Below are positions 12,246-24,050 of a stretch of 64,000 nt of DNA, one piece after another. A model generated the notes under the pieces. That model saw nothing but the letters and a program-made list of their open reading frames with translations, was not told where the DNA came from and did no database searches. Every line of letters starts with the position of its first letter. Within the stretch, counting starts at the first letter, position 1. Origin of the DNA: Camelus dromedarius (Eukaryota); the NCBI RefSeq assembly GCF_036321535.1, contig NC_087447.1:39372001-39436000 (forward strand). Reading direction: 5' to 3'. The position numbers and the translations under genes are program-made.

Positions 12246-12379
12246 TGCCTTGAATTCTCAGTAATGTGGTATGTAGAGAAACAGTTATGGTCAGTTGGGT
12301 CTAGCCAGTAAGACAACATCATTCACTGTCTCTCCTGGAAAATTAGGGAAGGTAGGGAAAAATCATCAGGAATTATCAG

Positions 12380-13290
12380 CTTGTACATATTGAAAGTGTA
12401 CCGTATACTCCTGAGAATTCATCTCTACAGTGAACATAGTGAATATCCATCCATTAGCCCCAAAGTTTTCTTGTGTCCCTTAGTAATTGCTCCCTCCTGC
12501 CCGTCTCCACTACCCTCATCCTCCTGCTCCCAGGCAACCAGGGAGTAATATGCTTTCTGTAACTATCCAGGTTGTTTTCTTCTTATTGAGTTTCAAGACT
12601 TCTTATATATTCTGGAAAAAAAAAGTTTCTCCAGTAATTACATTATTTCCAAGTGTTTTCTCCCAGTCTATGCCTTCAGTTTGGGTTTTTCTGATGCTTT
12701 CTCATGATCAAACAGGGGTTATGAGATTTGTGGAGGAATATCACAGAGGTGAGGTGCCCTTTTCATGGCATCATATTGGGGTGCATGCTATCAACATGAC
12801 TGATCACTGGTGATGCTGACAGTGATCAATTGGCTATGGTGCTATCTGCTAGGTTTCTCCACTGCAAAACTTCTTCTCCTTTTTTATATTCTTGGGAGTT
12901 GATAAGTCTATCCCATACTCAAGGAGAGAGGAATTCAATTCCACCTTGTGGAAGGGAGACTATCTACATATATTATTTAGACTTTTCTATAAGGAAGCTT
13001 ATCCCTCTTCCCCATTATTTATATTTTCATTCAACCTTATTCACATCAGTATGTACCCATGGATATTTGTGATTTTTCAATTTTCTCCTTCTTCTTCTCT
13101 TTTTTTTTTTTTTTTTGCACTTCCTTACTTTCTCTGCACTACAAAGCGCTTCAAGCTCATCTTTTATCTTCTCTGTCACAGCCCTAGAGTTAGCTATTTC
13201 TCCAAGGATTCCTGCTTCCTTGAATTGTAGAACAGTACTTGAAACAAAGATCTAAACAATGTATGTGCTCCTTGCTAGTGGTGTTACTGT
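12380..13290 (-). mobile_element. Old L1 3' regions (L1MC/L1ME-like)
   Basis: TCCCAGGCAACCA...GCTTTCTGTAACTAT and GCTAGGTTTCTCCACTG resemble antisense L1MC 3' ends. Confidence 0.7.
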
Positions 13291-13389
13291 TATGAGGCGT
13301 GGGAGGGGGAGTATTTTTTATTTTCCTTGTAAGATTCTATATATTTCAAAGGGAGATTGAGAAATTTACAATTAGCCAGTCATGTAAAA

Positions 13390-13570
13390 GAGTTCTACTA
13401 AAAGTGTGATCCATGAATCATCAACATCAACATGTGTGTTTGTTAGAACTACAGATCTTGAGCCTCAATCCAGACCTACTAAATTAGAAACTGAGTTGGA
13501 CTCAAGATTCTGTATTTTAATAAACACTTTAGGTGATTCTTTTGCACACTACAATTTGAGAACCAATGAT
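13390..13570. mobile_element. MER5A-like hAT-Charlie DNA transposon
   Basis: CCAGACCTACTAAATTAGAAACT...AGGTGATTCT...TTTGAGAACCA. Confidence 0.8.
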
Positions 13571-13794
13571 ATAAGAAGTAGCCTGTAGAAATATGAGTTA
13601 ACTGTTACTGTATTTTGTACCTATTCCAAAGTACCTCCTATAGGTGGCGTTGTAGATAACTACCATGCTGGCTGGTTTCTTAATTCAGCTATGATCTCAG
13701 TCTTTGGAATCTTACTATTCTGATGATGAGGACACATCAGACAAGGAAGAATATACAAGCCAGACAGAAGAAGCAAAAACAACAACAAAAGAAC

Positions 13795-14100
13795 CAGTCC
13801 ACAACAAAATACCAGCAAACAAAATCTAGCAGCATATATAAAGGACTATATACCATAACCAAGTAGGATTTTCCCCAGGAATGCAAGGTTGGTTTAACAT
13901 CTGAAAATCAATTAATTTAATACAATATCAATAGAATAAAAGACAAAAAGCACATGATCATCTCAAAAGATGCAGAAAAGTATTTCACAGCATTCAGCAC
14001 CTCTACATAATAACAATACTTAATCTAGGAATAGAAGGGGACTTCCTCACCTACTAAAGGGTGTCCATGAAAAACTCACAACTAACATCATACTTAGGAT
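13795..14100 (+). mobile_element. L1 ORF2 reverse-transcriptase fragment (degenerate)
   Basis: CAAGTAGGATTTTCCCCAGGAATGCAAGGTTGGTTTAAC translates as QVGFSPGMQGWFN; ATGATCATCTCAAAAGATGCAGAAAA as MIISKDAEK. Confidence 0.92.
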
Positions 14101-14109
14101 GAATGCTTT

Positions 14110-14210
14110 TAAATAAAATTTACAGACTTATTGTGAAGATTAAACTAGTGATGATGTGTGTAAAGTACTCAGAGCAGAACTAGGCACATACTGAGTCAGA
14201 ATAAAGTTAT
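14110..14210 (+). mobile_element. MIR 3' fragment
   Basis: TTGTGAAGATTAAA...GTGTAAAGTACTCAGAGCAGAACTAGGCACATA. Confidence 0.65.
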
Positions 14211-17039
14211 AGAAATATTTAGTGTATTTTCTTAGTATAGTTTCAACTTACTAAGAAGTTATAGTTAGTTAGAAACTTAGTATAGTTTCACTTCTAGTAT
14301 AGTTTCCACTTCTGACACTTATTAAGGGCATGATTAATATTAGCTGTTATTATTAATATTATTTCAATGAAGTCTTATTATCTTGGGATGAGGGAGATGG
14401 CATACAGAGTTTCTGCACGTGAAAGAACACTGGAGGGACATGGGAGGGACTATAAGCGTTAGAATTTTGTTTGGAATTTTGATACAAAAGTAGTGCTAAT
14501 CATTAGCCAAAGTCCTACTATAGGGAAATACACTATGGCCAGTTTGTCCTGAGGTCGGCTTGCTGGCATCACTGAGCTGGGGCAGGGGTGGGAGGGGGCA
14601 CAGCAACTGCAGGAATTCTATACCCAGGAGAAACTGCCTTCATAGCATGAGGTGTCAGCTGTCCCCTCATTATAGGCAGCACCTATAGCCACCAGCTATA
14701 GGGTCTGATTCCCCCCATCCCAACCCCAGCCCTCGGTTTTAAATCTTGTTTTCCCAACACAGCTGGCAGCAGCTGCCTTCATATTTCCTGGGCCTCCTCT
14801 CCAAGGACACTCCCTTCCACACCACCACTCTCAGCTGAAAGGCACCAAGAGTCACCATATGTGAGATACGCCTATTCAATATGCTTTTTAACAGATCAGA
14901 GACCAGGTTTTGTTTTGTTTTGTTAATTGCATGCCAAGCTGTCACCTAGTGCTTAGTGAAGGGTATGAACATACCCATAAATTACCCAGTATTCAAAGGT
15001 GATTTTGATATTCCTATCAGGAGACTCTTTATGCTCAAATGAGCATGTAGTATTTTGCAAAGGCAAGCATTCCAAGGGAGCTGTTAATTGTTTGAAACTA
15101 GGGTGCTTGGGTGACTACAAACAGCAATTAATAAATCCCAGGAGTGGCTCAGATGGGACATGATTTTATAGATGTTGGTGTCGGACTCACTTGGGAACTA
15201 TTTTAAAAAGTAAGAGTGACCCATTAAATTGTTTCACAGTTCAAAAGTGGCATTCTGTGACGTGATGAGGTTCAAAAGGACCCCTAGGGATTTTTGTGCC
15301 CCTGATGGGGATGGAGTTGCTCCTGGGCAACACTGTTGTTATTGAGGGTGGTGGCATGAGGGCGACACCAAGTCACAAACTGAACTTTTAAAATATTGAA
15401 CTAGTGAAATTCTTCTGAGGTGTGGGAGAAGGGGACATTAATCTCAGATCTGCCTCCTCTCACTGCTTTCTCTACTCCTTGCAGCTGGATCTGCTGATGG
15501 CTTTAACTACAGGGTCAAGCCTGTCCCAGATTCTGAGCTTATGTCAACAGGCAAAGGCAGGGCCAGTCATTCATCTTTTTATGCTTCCATTTATTCAGCA
15601 CACACAGGGTGACAGGCATTATTCAAGGATGAAGGGATAAGAGAATGTAAAAGGCATGGTCCCTCCCTCAGAGTAGCTCACCACCTAGGGCTGGAAATGG
15701 ACACATACATAACCCTAATTTTCAATTTATTCTCCCAGGCCCTGCCCTGTCCCATTAGTCTCTGCCTGACTCTGGTTGCTCAACAAATTCAGCCCTATAT
15801 GCTCTCCATTCCAGTTCCATTTTCCCAGGAAGTGATGGTGCCTTGCACCCAGCTCCCAAGTTAGAAGATGGTCTCATACACAGCAGAGTGAAGAAGAAAG
15901 AGGAGGGTGGAAGGAATGATGGAGGCAGGACCTCATGAGAAGGCAAGGTTGTTGAGAGCAGTTGCAGGGCAGGAATAGAACATTTGCTAGGACAAGGAGG
16001 AAGGGGCAATGCAGTAGGTCTGTTCACATCTGTATCTCCATCAACTAAAACTTAAAATTTTAACTTTGTCATTAAAAAAGGGGGGCTTTGTGCAATTCCC
16101 AATATTGCATAGTGGTCAGGATTAGGGGTTGAGGTCAAGCCAACCTGCATTCAAGCCACTACTTCTCTTAGACCCAGGTAAAAGTGGGCCTTGCCAGGAT
16201 CCACATCTACTGAGAAGCACCGTCTTCAAAATACACACATAAATGCACATACACAAACACTTTGGAGTGACTTTCATAAAACTTTCTAAGTGCCTCTCTG
16301 CGCTTAGGACCAAGCAGAGCTGGCAGTGTTGTCCAGGTGGGTGCCCTGATCCCAGATGGAACCTGCATGGGCCCTGGCCTTGTTTCTCCCTGTGGAAGCT
16401 CTCTCTGACTCTCCACCCCATGCACAAGGTCAACCAGGTGTCCTCTTTTCCCATTCCAGGAGAGCTGCCTGGCTATCTGACTGCTTTTGCTGGCTGGCGT
16501 GGTATTTCTTTTGCATGAGATTTAGCTGCCCAAATAGCACTGACTTGATGATTTTGGTACTCTTACTCTCATACCACCAAGAATGAGTTCATTGCTCGGT
16601 ACTGTTGGCCCTCAGGGTTGAGCTGTGTGTGTGCCTATTCTTAGGTTAATCCATCCATGTTGTGACCATGGCACTGGCTCCAGGCTACAGACTCAAAGAC
16701 AGTGGGCTGATGGCACACCCCACACGCCCCTCCTCAGACTTCATACCATGTGAATCAGCAGTCTTCCCAGGTGGCCATGCTTATCTCCTCCATGGCTTTT
16801 GAGACCAACAGCCACTCTGCAAGAGCAATGGGTCTTCTGATGGATGATGCCCTCTCCTGCCTCCATCCAGCATGGTGACATGTGCTCCCCTGGGCTGGTC
16901 TCCAACCGTGATGGACCATCCAGACATTCCTGTACAGAAAGGACTGCTCTTCTTGCTCTGCCATGGACCCCTCACCTATCTTAGGAAAGACTTTCTTGGT
17001 TTTATGATTTGGCTTCAGTTCTAGACCATGCATTTGGAT

Positions 17040-17310
17040 CAGAGGGTTCAGGAAAAGAGAGAAAGGGATTAAAATGCCCTTAAGGAGTTAAGCTTAGGGG
17101 AGAGAGAATAGATTCGATAAGAAAACAGTTAAGGAATCAAATTTGTTTTCTTTGGAAAAGAGAAGGCAAATGAGTGGTTTAATTCTTGCCTTCGAGTATA
17201 GGCAATGATTTCATGAGAGGAATATAGACAAATTATTCTTCATGTCTGAAAAGACTAACAAGAGGGAAAAACAATTAAATTAGAGCTGGAGAGATTTCAG
17301 AATGATAAAG
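17040..17310 (+). mobile_element. L3/CR1 LINE ORF2 3' relic
   Basis: GAGGGTTCAG...TTGTTTTCTTTGGAAAAGAGAAGG (LFSLEKRR, a CR1 ORF2 motif)...GGAGAGATTTCAG. Confidence 0.65.
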
Positions 17311-17699
17311 GGTAACCAGAGAAAGCCTCTCCACCCCAGGGGACATTTGGAGGAAATGAGAAAACCATGCACTCAACTCACGATCTCCTGAGAATGGTCA
17401 GGGTTTTTTTGGGAGAGGGGATACAGGTGTGGTCCAGCTGTTTTTATCCAGATGTTCAGCCTCAGCAGATGTGTAGAGTGTTTGGCTGGTGGCCCTGAAG
17501 AGATTATAAATCTTAAGCCCAGGAGAAAATGGAACTAGGACTTTCAGGGATACCCTGAGCAGCAGAGCAGTGTGTCTGGACTGTGTGCCTCCCCTTCCCT
17601 GCCTATAAAAAGGGATCACAAATTTTCTTTTGTTCTTTCATGTCTAGGAAAAGTCCCTGAAGTTTATATGCAAAAATGTGTTCCTTGGAGGATTCACAG

Positions 17700-18040
17700 T
17701 CTGACCCCAGCCCATATCAGCAGAATTTCTGCACCGTCAAGCTGTGGGCACAACAATCATGCTCACCATCTCCAATCTCCAAACACACCCTGCTCCTTCA
17801 CCCATGGCATCTTCTTTGCTGGAAACAAGTTTCCCTACCCTGTCCTCTCTCTATTCTGGCCAAGTCCTAATCATCTTATAAGGCCCAGGTTAGATGTCAT
17901 CACCTCTTGAAATATCCTCCCACCTTCCCTCAAGCTGAGGCAAACTGAGTCCTACCTCTGCATTGCCGAATGTCTTGGTCTACACTATTGTCTCCCCTCT
18001 GGACCGAGCTCACTGTGGATAGGAATTGTGTTTCAGTCAG
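17700..18040 (+). mobile_element. L2 LINE 3' region
   Basis: AAGGCCCAGGTTAGATGTCATCACCTC...TGTCTCCCCTCTGGACCGAGCTC. Confidence 0.6.
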
Positions 18041-18049
18041 GCTGTCAGC

Positions 18050-19470
18050 TGGTCAGTCAGTAAACACATGATTGCTGGGCATCTAATATGTCACAAGTAC
18101 TGTGCCAGGCACAGCAGATACACCCGTGAACAAGATAGAGGGGATTACTCCCCTGTAGGGTCTTAGGGTTTGGGCGGGATGCTAACAGATAAAGGGGCCA
18201 TTACAATGAATTCGATAAGTAAGAGTCTTGTAGATGACGAGGGTGGGGAGATGTGTGCCAGGCAGAGGGAACGGTATATGTAAATGTTGGTGGTCAGATA
18301 GAACCTTGTATATTTTAGGAAGACAAAGAAGCTCAGGCTTGCTGGAGAATAATACTGGCAAGAGATGGGGATGGAGAGGAGAGCAGGGGCCCTGTTGCCC
18401 TGTGCCTCTTGATCCCTTAGGAAGACTAAACTTTATCCTAAGAGCAAGGAACGTCTGAAGGGTTTTAAGCAGGAAAGTGACATCTCAGATTTGTACTTTG
18501 AAAGATGATTCTGACTGCAATTCAAGGAACAGATAGGCAGGAGATGTTATGGAGACAGGGACAGCAGTTAGGAAGGATTCCGGTGAGATGTTAGTGGCCT
18601 GTCCCAGGATGGCAGCAGTAGGAATAAAGACAAGTGGGTTGTTAGCAGATGTGTCTTGCAGGTGGAATGGACAGAATTTGGTGGTGTATCAGATACAGCT
18701 GCAGATGGAGGGTAGAGATGGTGATGCAGAGGCAGATTTGAGGGAGGCGTCTAGGCTTTTTGGTTGGGCGATGTTTAATGGAAGTATGTTAATTTCATAG
18801 GGCTGCCTTTACAAAGTACCACACACTGGGTGGCTTAGAACACCAGACATTTATTGTCTCAGACTTCCAGAGGTCAGAAGTCTGAAATTGGTGTTGGCAG
18901 TGCCATGGCCCTTCTGAAAGCTCTCAGGAAAGCTCTGTTCCAGGCCTCTCTCCGAGCTTCTTGTAGCCTCAAGTGTTCCTTGGCTTGAGGATGGCCGTCT
19001 GCTTGCTCCTTACATCTCTTCACATTGTGGTCTTACAGTGCTCATGTCTGCGTCAAATTTTCCTTTCTGTAAGGACACCAGTCATATTGGAGTAAGCCCA
19101 CTCTACTCCAGTACAACCTTACCTTGATTAATTATATCTGTTAACAACCCCATTTTCAAATAAGGTCCTATTATTGATATACAGTGGATGAGGATTTCAT
19201 ATGATCTAGGTGGGACAAAATTCAGCCCATGTTGTTGGGGGAGTGCTATAGTATCATTCACCAAGACAAAGAACTCATATGGTGGAACAGGTCTGGTGAC
19301 AGAGAGAAGAAACCTTGAGCTTGGGGGATGTTGCATTTACTGGCCCTGTGGGAAACCCATGAGTAGATGTCTAGAAAACTCTTTGATATACTGGGTTGGT
19401 GCTTAGGAGAAGGAAGGTATGGCCTGGGTTGGGAATATGCATCTGAGAGTCTTCAGCTTATAGGGTAGAT
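18050..19470 (-). mobile_element. L2 LINE split by an MLT1 LTR
   Basis: GGGTTTTAAGCAGGAAAGTGACAT...TTTGAAAGATGATTCTGACTGC; L2 similarity resumes after 19240. Confidence 0.7.
18783..19232 (-). mobile_element. MLT1 (MaLR) solo LTR, MLT1B/C-like
   Basis: AGGGCTGCC...ACAAAGTACCACACACTGGGTGGCTTA...AAGGACACCAGTCATATTGGA...CAAATAAGGTC. Confidence 0.88.
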
Positions 19471-22094
19471 AAAATGGTGTATCTTTGGGGAAGTTCAGAC
19501 CACCTGAGAAAAATGACCAATTCATTTTTGAAAACCCAGCACTTAGCTCAGCCACTGTCATTGCTCTAGATGTTGAACGAATAAGTGCCTGATGAAAGAC
19601 AAATGTGTCTTCAGTTCTCCTTTAGTTCGAGATAAGAAGGCTTTGCATGGATGACGGCTCGTCTTCCTCTGGTTGAGACGTGGAGGGAGTAGACTTTGTA
19701 GGAATGGAAAACAAGTATCCCAAGATTTCGCCTTATATTCTCCTTGGCTCCAATGTAGTATTTTGTCTAAAGCTTCCCACCCCACATCTCCCAGGGAAAG
19801 CCACAAGGTCAGGAGTGAGGGATCCTGGGGTTGTGCCATCTGTTGACTTGTAGGAACATGAAACAGAGGAAAGGTACGTGAATCTTCCTGTAGTTTGCAG
19901 CAGCATCTCCTTTTACTTGAAAATCTTCACCTTTGCCATTAGCTGAGTTTTTCAATAAACTAAATTGTACTTGAGTTTCCAAATACTTTCCTACACCACC
20001 TCCTTTGCCCCAAATCCCAAGACTGTTGGTAATTTGATCTTGGGGGAATGTGGGGCACAGTGGCTCTCCTGCCTGGCTGTGCTGGAGTGGGAGCTGCAGG
20101 GGTGGGGGCGGTGGGGCAGTGTAATCTTTTCTGGGTGGCTGATCCAGCTTCCTTTGTGCCTGTTGCCTGGTGACATCTAGAGGCCCCTATCTCAGAACCA
20201 CACTGTGGCTTGCTATTGGTTCAGTGGTGGCATTTGTTGACATTAGACACTTCCCTGGCCCTGGACTCTGAAAGAGACCTTGGGAGCTTGAGTTTCAGGC
20301 TACCCTGCTTGTCCAAATGCAGTTCCTTAACTCTTTCTGTCCCTGCCAGGAAGGCTGAGCTGCAGCCGCCAGGGCACCGTGAAAGTGTCTCGTCCAGCTC
20401 TACAGCACTCTTCTCTGCCTCGGAGTGTGCAGCGGGGCTGGGGGATTTTCTTTTCAGCTCTGCTCCTGTGGCAGGAAGAGAGTTTTCTTCCCTTCTCACC
20501 TCTTCCTAGGTTTTCTTATAAGACAGTTTAAACAAACAGACTTTGTTGGCTTAACAAGTCATCTGAGCTGAGCTAGGAAAGGCAGTCAATATTAGCAGAA
20601 AGACTTGTTTTGTCAATGCTCTTTTCTGAATAATCTAAAGGACCAACACCTCTTCCCCCAGTGCCCAGGAATCTGTAGATGAGATCTACGCCTCCCTGGG
20701 ATGGAGCTTGGGCCAGGCAGGGTAAGAGAGGAGACAGGTGACTATGGGGGAGGTGAAGAGGGCGGGAAGCCAGACAGAGAAGGGATTCTGGAGGCCGCCA
20801 AGGTGGACCCTGTTGGATCAATGAGTGAATCCACTGACCAAAGGGGTGGGTCCATTTACGGAGGTCAGTTCTCCACTTGTGTGAGCACCTGGCATCCGGG
20901 ACTCTCAGGCAGCTCCCCCTGCCCTCCCCATCATCTTCTGCCTCAGGCACCCTTTAGAGAATTGGTCCGCTGAGGGTCAGGCTGGAGACAAGCTGAGTCA
21001 GGGCAGCTGCAGTGAGGACTAGAGTTTGCCCAGTTAAGGGAAGGTCTGGCTGGTTCCTCAAAGGGCTCAGATGTGACCTTCTAAACCCAGTACCACTTGA
21101 AGGAATGTTCAGGCCCAGCCTCCTGGTAAAGCCTCTACCCTTACTCTCCATATTGTGTAACAAAACCACTCACTTTCAGGCAGGGAAAGAAGAGGATCTT
21201 GCAAAGATCAAGCAAGGCTGTGTGTCAGGCATGAGGAGACACTGGGAAACAGGAGGAGAGGGAATGGTCTCCCCTCCCTTCTGCCGACCCTTGTAGCCAA
21301 TGGCCCAAGCCTGACCCATACTCCAAGAGGAGGCCCCAAGGACATCTCAAGAAGGAAAGGAAATACTAGGGCTTCCAAGCTGTGTCCTCAAGATTAACTG
21401 ATCTATATCTACAGTAGCCAGCACTTTGAAGCAAGTAGGGTTTGGAGCTGGAGCAGAAGTGCCAGGATCCTGTGGCCGGGAAGACATGTGTCCTCAGTAC
21501 CAGTGACCCATGTGTCACAGGGATTTCTGTTGGACCTGCTGGAGCCCAGATATCCAGCTGTCTCTGTCTGAAGGGCACCACAGGGTTGGATGCAGTGAAA
21601 GGACCCCTCACTCCCCACCCCTACCCAACAGGATCGTAACATGCAGCTTCTTTCAGTTTCCTTGGTCATCTTTCTGGCAGCAACAATTGCTCCTTGGGGT
21701 TTCTAGGGTCACTCCCCCTTTTCTGTGCATCTGAGAGCCAAGGAAAAGGAGCCCTTTGTGCTCAGTGCAGATGTACTGTGCCTGCTGAGAACACAGTAGC
21801 CCTTTGGCACCACCAGTTTCCGTATCTGTTCGGACTAAGAATTAGTAAGAAATATCCCTAAATTGGGCTCAGCTCGGTTTTAATCAGAAAGGGGACTCAC
21901 CCCATTTAAGCACAGTCACTTTCAGATCTGTTCTTTGTGTTTTTTGCTTGCAGACATTGTTGAGAATGGAGGAAGTGCTGGGATAATAAATACGGTAAGA
22001 CCCATTCCAGTATTCATAGTGGAAGGAAGGTAGACTTCTCACAAGCATGGACTAGTGACATGAAATCAGTTCTGAGAAAGATTCTGAAACAAAA

Positions 22095-22521
22095 TTTTGC
22101 TGTTACGAAGTACCACAAATGGAATGTACTAAGGCAGAAATGTATTGTCTCCCTGTTCTGGGGCCTAGAAGTCTGAGGTCAAGTTGTGGGCGGACTTGGT
22201 CCTCCTGAGGCCTGTGAGGGAGGATCTGCTCCATGGCTCTCTCTCGGCTTCTCGCGGTTTGCTGGCAACCTGCAGAGTTCCTCGAGAAGTGTCACCGCGA
22301 TCTCCGCCTTGATCTTCACACGATGTTCTCCTGTGCACATGCCTGTGTCCAAAGTTCTCCTCTTCAGGTTGGATTAGAGGCTTTCTCTAGTATGACTTCA
22401 TCTTAACTGATTACATCAGCAATGATCCCATTTCCAAATAAGGTCACATTTTAAGTCACTGGCAGGGGTGGGGGTGGCTAGGAATTCAACATATAAATTT
22501 GGGATGAGCACAACCATAACA
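22095..22521 (-). mobile_element. MLT1 (MaLR) solo LTR, MLT1C-like
   Basis: AAGTACCACAAA...CTAGAAGTCTGAGGTCAAG...TTTCCAAATAAGGTCACATT...ACCATAACA. Confidence 0.88.
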
Positions 22522-23174
22522 GAGAGCTTTTGAACATTTGGTGAAACAATCAGTCTTCTCTAGAAATCAGTGTGAGTCCAGTGAGAACAAGCCATGTCAG
22601 TCTAACCAGATTTCTTCCTGTCAGTGAGTCAAAGACAAGTAACCAGATTTACCTACGGAGACGGGCAGGGGCCAGAGCCTGATGGTCCTTCTGGCCATAC
22701 TAAAGGAAGATGGACGCTTGCCTGCACCATGTAAGGTCTGACTCCTCATTTGTTCCGGGCTCTCTAAGATTCAGAAGTGAAACAGCTTGGCAAAGAAATT
22801 AACCCCTAAGTGGCTTCAACATTTGGCCTAGTGGGTGAGACACTACCATAGTTACCAGGATGACAGTCATGTTACAGATCCAGGGAGGCAGTTTTCAGAA
22901 TCGTTTACAAAGAAATCTCCAAAGCCTGGAAAACAACCTCCCATCACTTCCTTTGTCATCATACCACTTCCTTTTAATTTCCAAGCCTCATTTGCACCTC
23001 TTCCCACAGTCTGTCTGAACGAAAGCAAATGTCTGCTTTCGCCAGGAATAACAGTGCAAAGGAGTGTGGGTGGCAGGGCCCTGAACGCCCAAGCCTGGGC
23101 CTCCATTTCCCGCCATTGTTCCCTCTGTCAGGTTCCCAAACACTTGCTGGGGTTGTCCTGGGGGGAGTTTTTCC

Positions 23175-23268
23175 AGATAAAAATGGCCTGGTTGGCTGCC
23201 AGTGATTCAGGCCGGTTCACAGCCCGAAACCTGTTTTATCTCTCACGCTTATCACTTATCATCAGCTG
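23175..23268. promoter_or_regulatory. Candidate GATA / E-box enhancer
   Basis: Four WGATAR sites and a CAGCTG 9 bp from a GATA core; motif match only. Confidence 0.4.
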
Positions 23269-23639
23269 CCAGGAGACAGACAATAGGGGCAAAGAGGCAT
23301 TTTGGCTGAGCCAGGTCTTAGGTAGCCCCAAGGGTTTTAGACGCCTCCAAACAACCAGACTTGCAGTCTCACCAGGTCCCTCGAGGTTCCAGGCTCAGGG
23401 TCCTTTCCCAGTTAAAGCAGAGCAGATCCAGTGAGTTCCCCTGGCAACACAGCATTTCCCCAGGACCCACAGCAGCAGAAGTGGCTCTCTGTGTCTGTTG
23501 ATTTGTTTCCTCTTCAGACCCAGATGTGAGTGAACGTTCAAGTGTCCAGGGAGGAAGGGGCTCCAAAGGGCCTTTCAGAACATTGTTCTTTTTGCCTTGT
23601 TTTCCCCTGAAAACTTCATTTAAATTTAAAAATAACCCT

Positions 23640-23785
23640 GGTGGTGAAATTAGTGAAATCTGAATTAACTCTGGATGGTACTAATGTCAATTCCCTGGTT
23701 TTGATATTCCACTACAGTGAGGCAAGGGAACCATTTTTTTTGCAACTTTCTGTGACCCTGTAATTATTTTAAAGTAAAAAAGTTC
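23640..23785 (+). mobile_element. Old L1 (L1MC/ME) 3' UTR fragment
   Basis: AATGTCAATTCCCTGGTTTTGAT...TTTTTGCAACTTTCTGTGA. Confidence 0.6.
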
Positions 23786-23859
23786 TTTCTAAAGTAATCT
23801 GGATGGTTCCCCAAAGCCCAGTCAATGTGCCTCGCCTTTGAAAAAGGCGCAGAGAGCAC

Positions 23860-24050
23860 AGGATTCAGGCCAGACAGATCTCAGCGCCAATGCAGGCTTT
23901 ACGCCCACAAGCTCTGTGACCTTGGGCGAGTTACTTAATCCTTCTGAGCTTGGTTGCCTTATCTAGGAGAGAAATCTCAGGGCTTCCCTGGTGGGTTGAG
24001 TGTGAGGACTCAGTGAGGTAACTCATGGAAAGCACCTAATAGGGTAGATG
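23860..24050 (+). mobile_element. MIR SINE
   Basis: GCTCTGTGACCTTGGGCGAGTTACTTAATCCTTCTGAGC. Confidence 0.8.

Noticed and set aside
13633..13650. CTCF-like motif CCTATAGGTGGCG (also GCGCCCCCT near 56250)
   Set aside because: Mismatches in the conserved 5' half; not distinguishable from chance without ChIP data.
13690..13790. Acidic peptide SYYSDDEDTSDKEEYTSQTEEAK resembling an exon
   Set aside because: No donor site; it merges into the A-rich L1 ORF2 relic and has no recognisable homologue.
16745..16932. Minus-strand exon-like segment with long open frames
   Set aside because: Moderate splice signals only and no recognisable peptide in any frame.
17900..18200. Tail-to-tail L2 pair as a miR-28/151/708-like hairpin (also near 26700)
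   Set aside because: The arms are too diverged to give a long stem by eye, and no seed-like match is present.
22835..23434. 199-aa ORF
   Set aside because: Non-ATG start and no protein similarity that I recognise; it overlaps the GATA cluster, which explains the sequence better.
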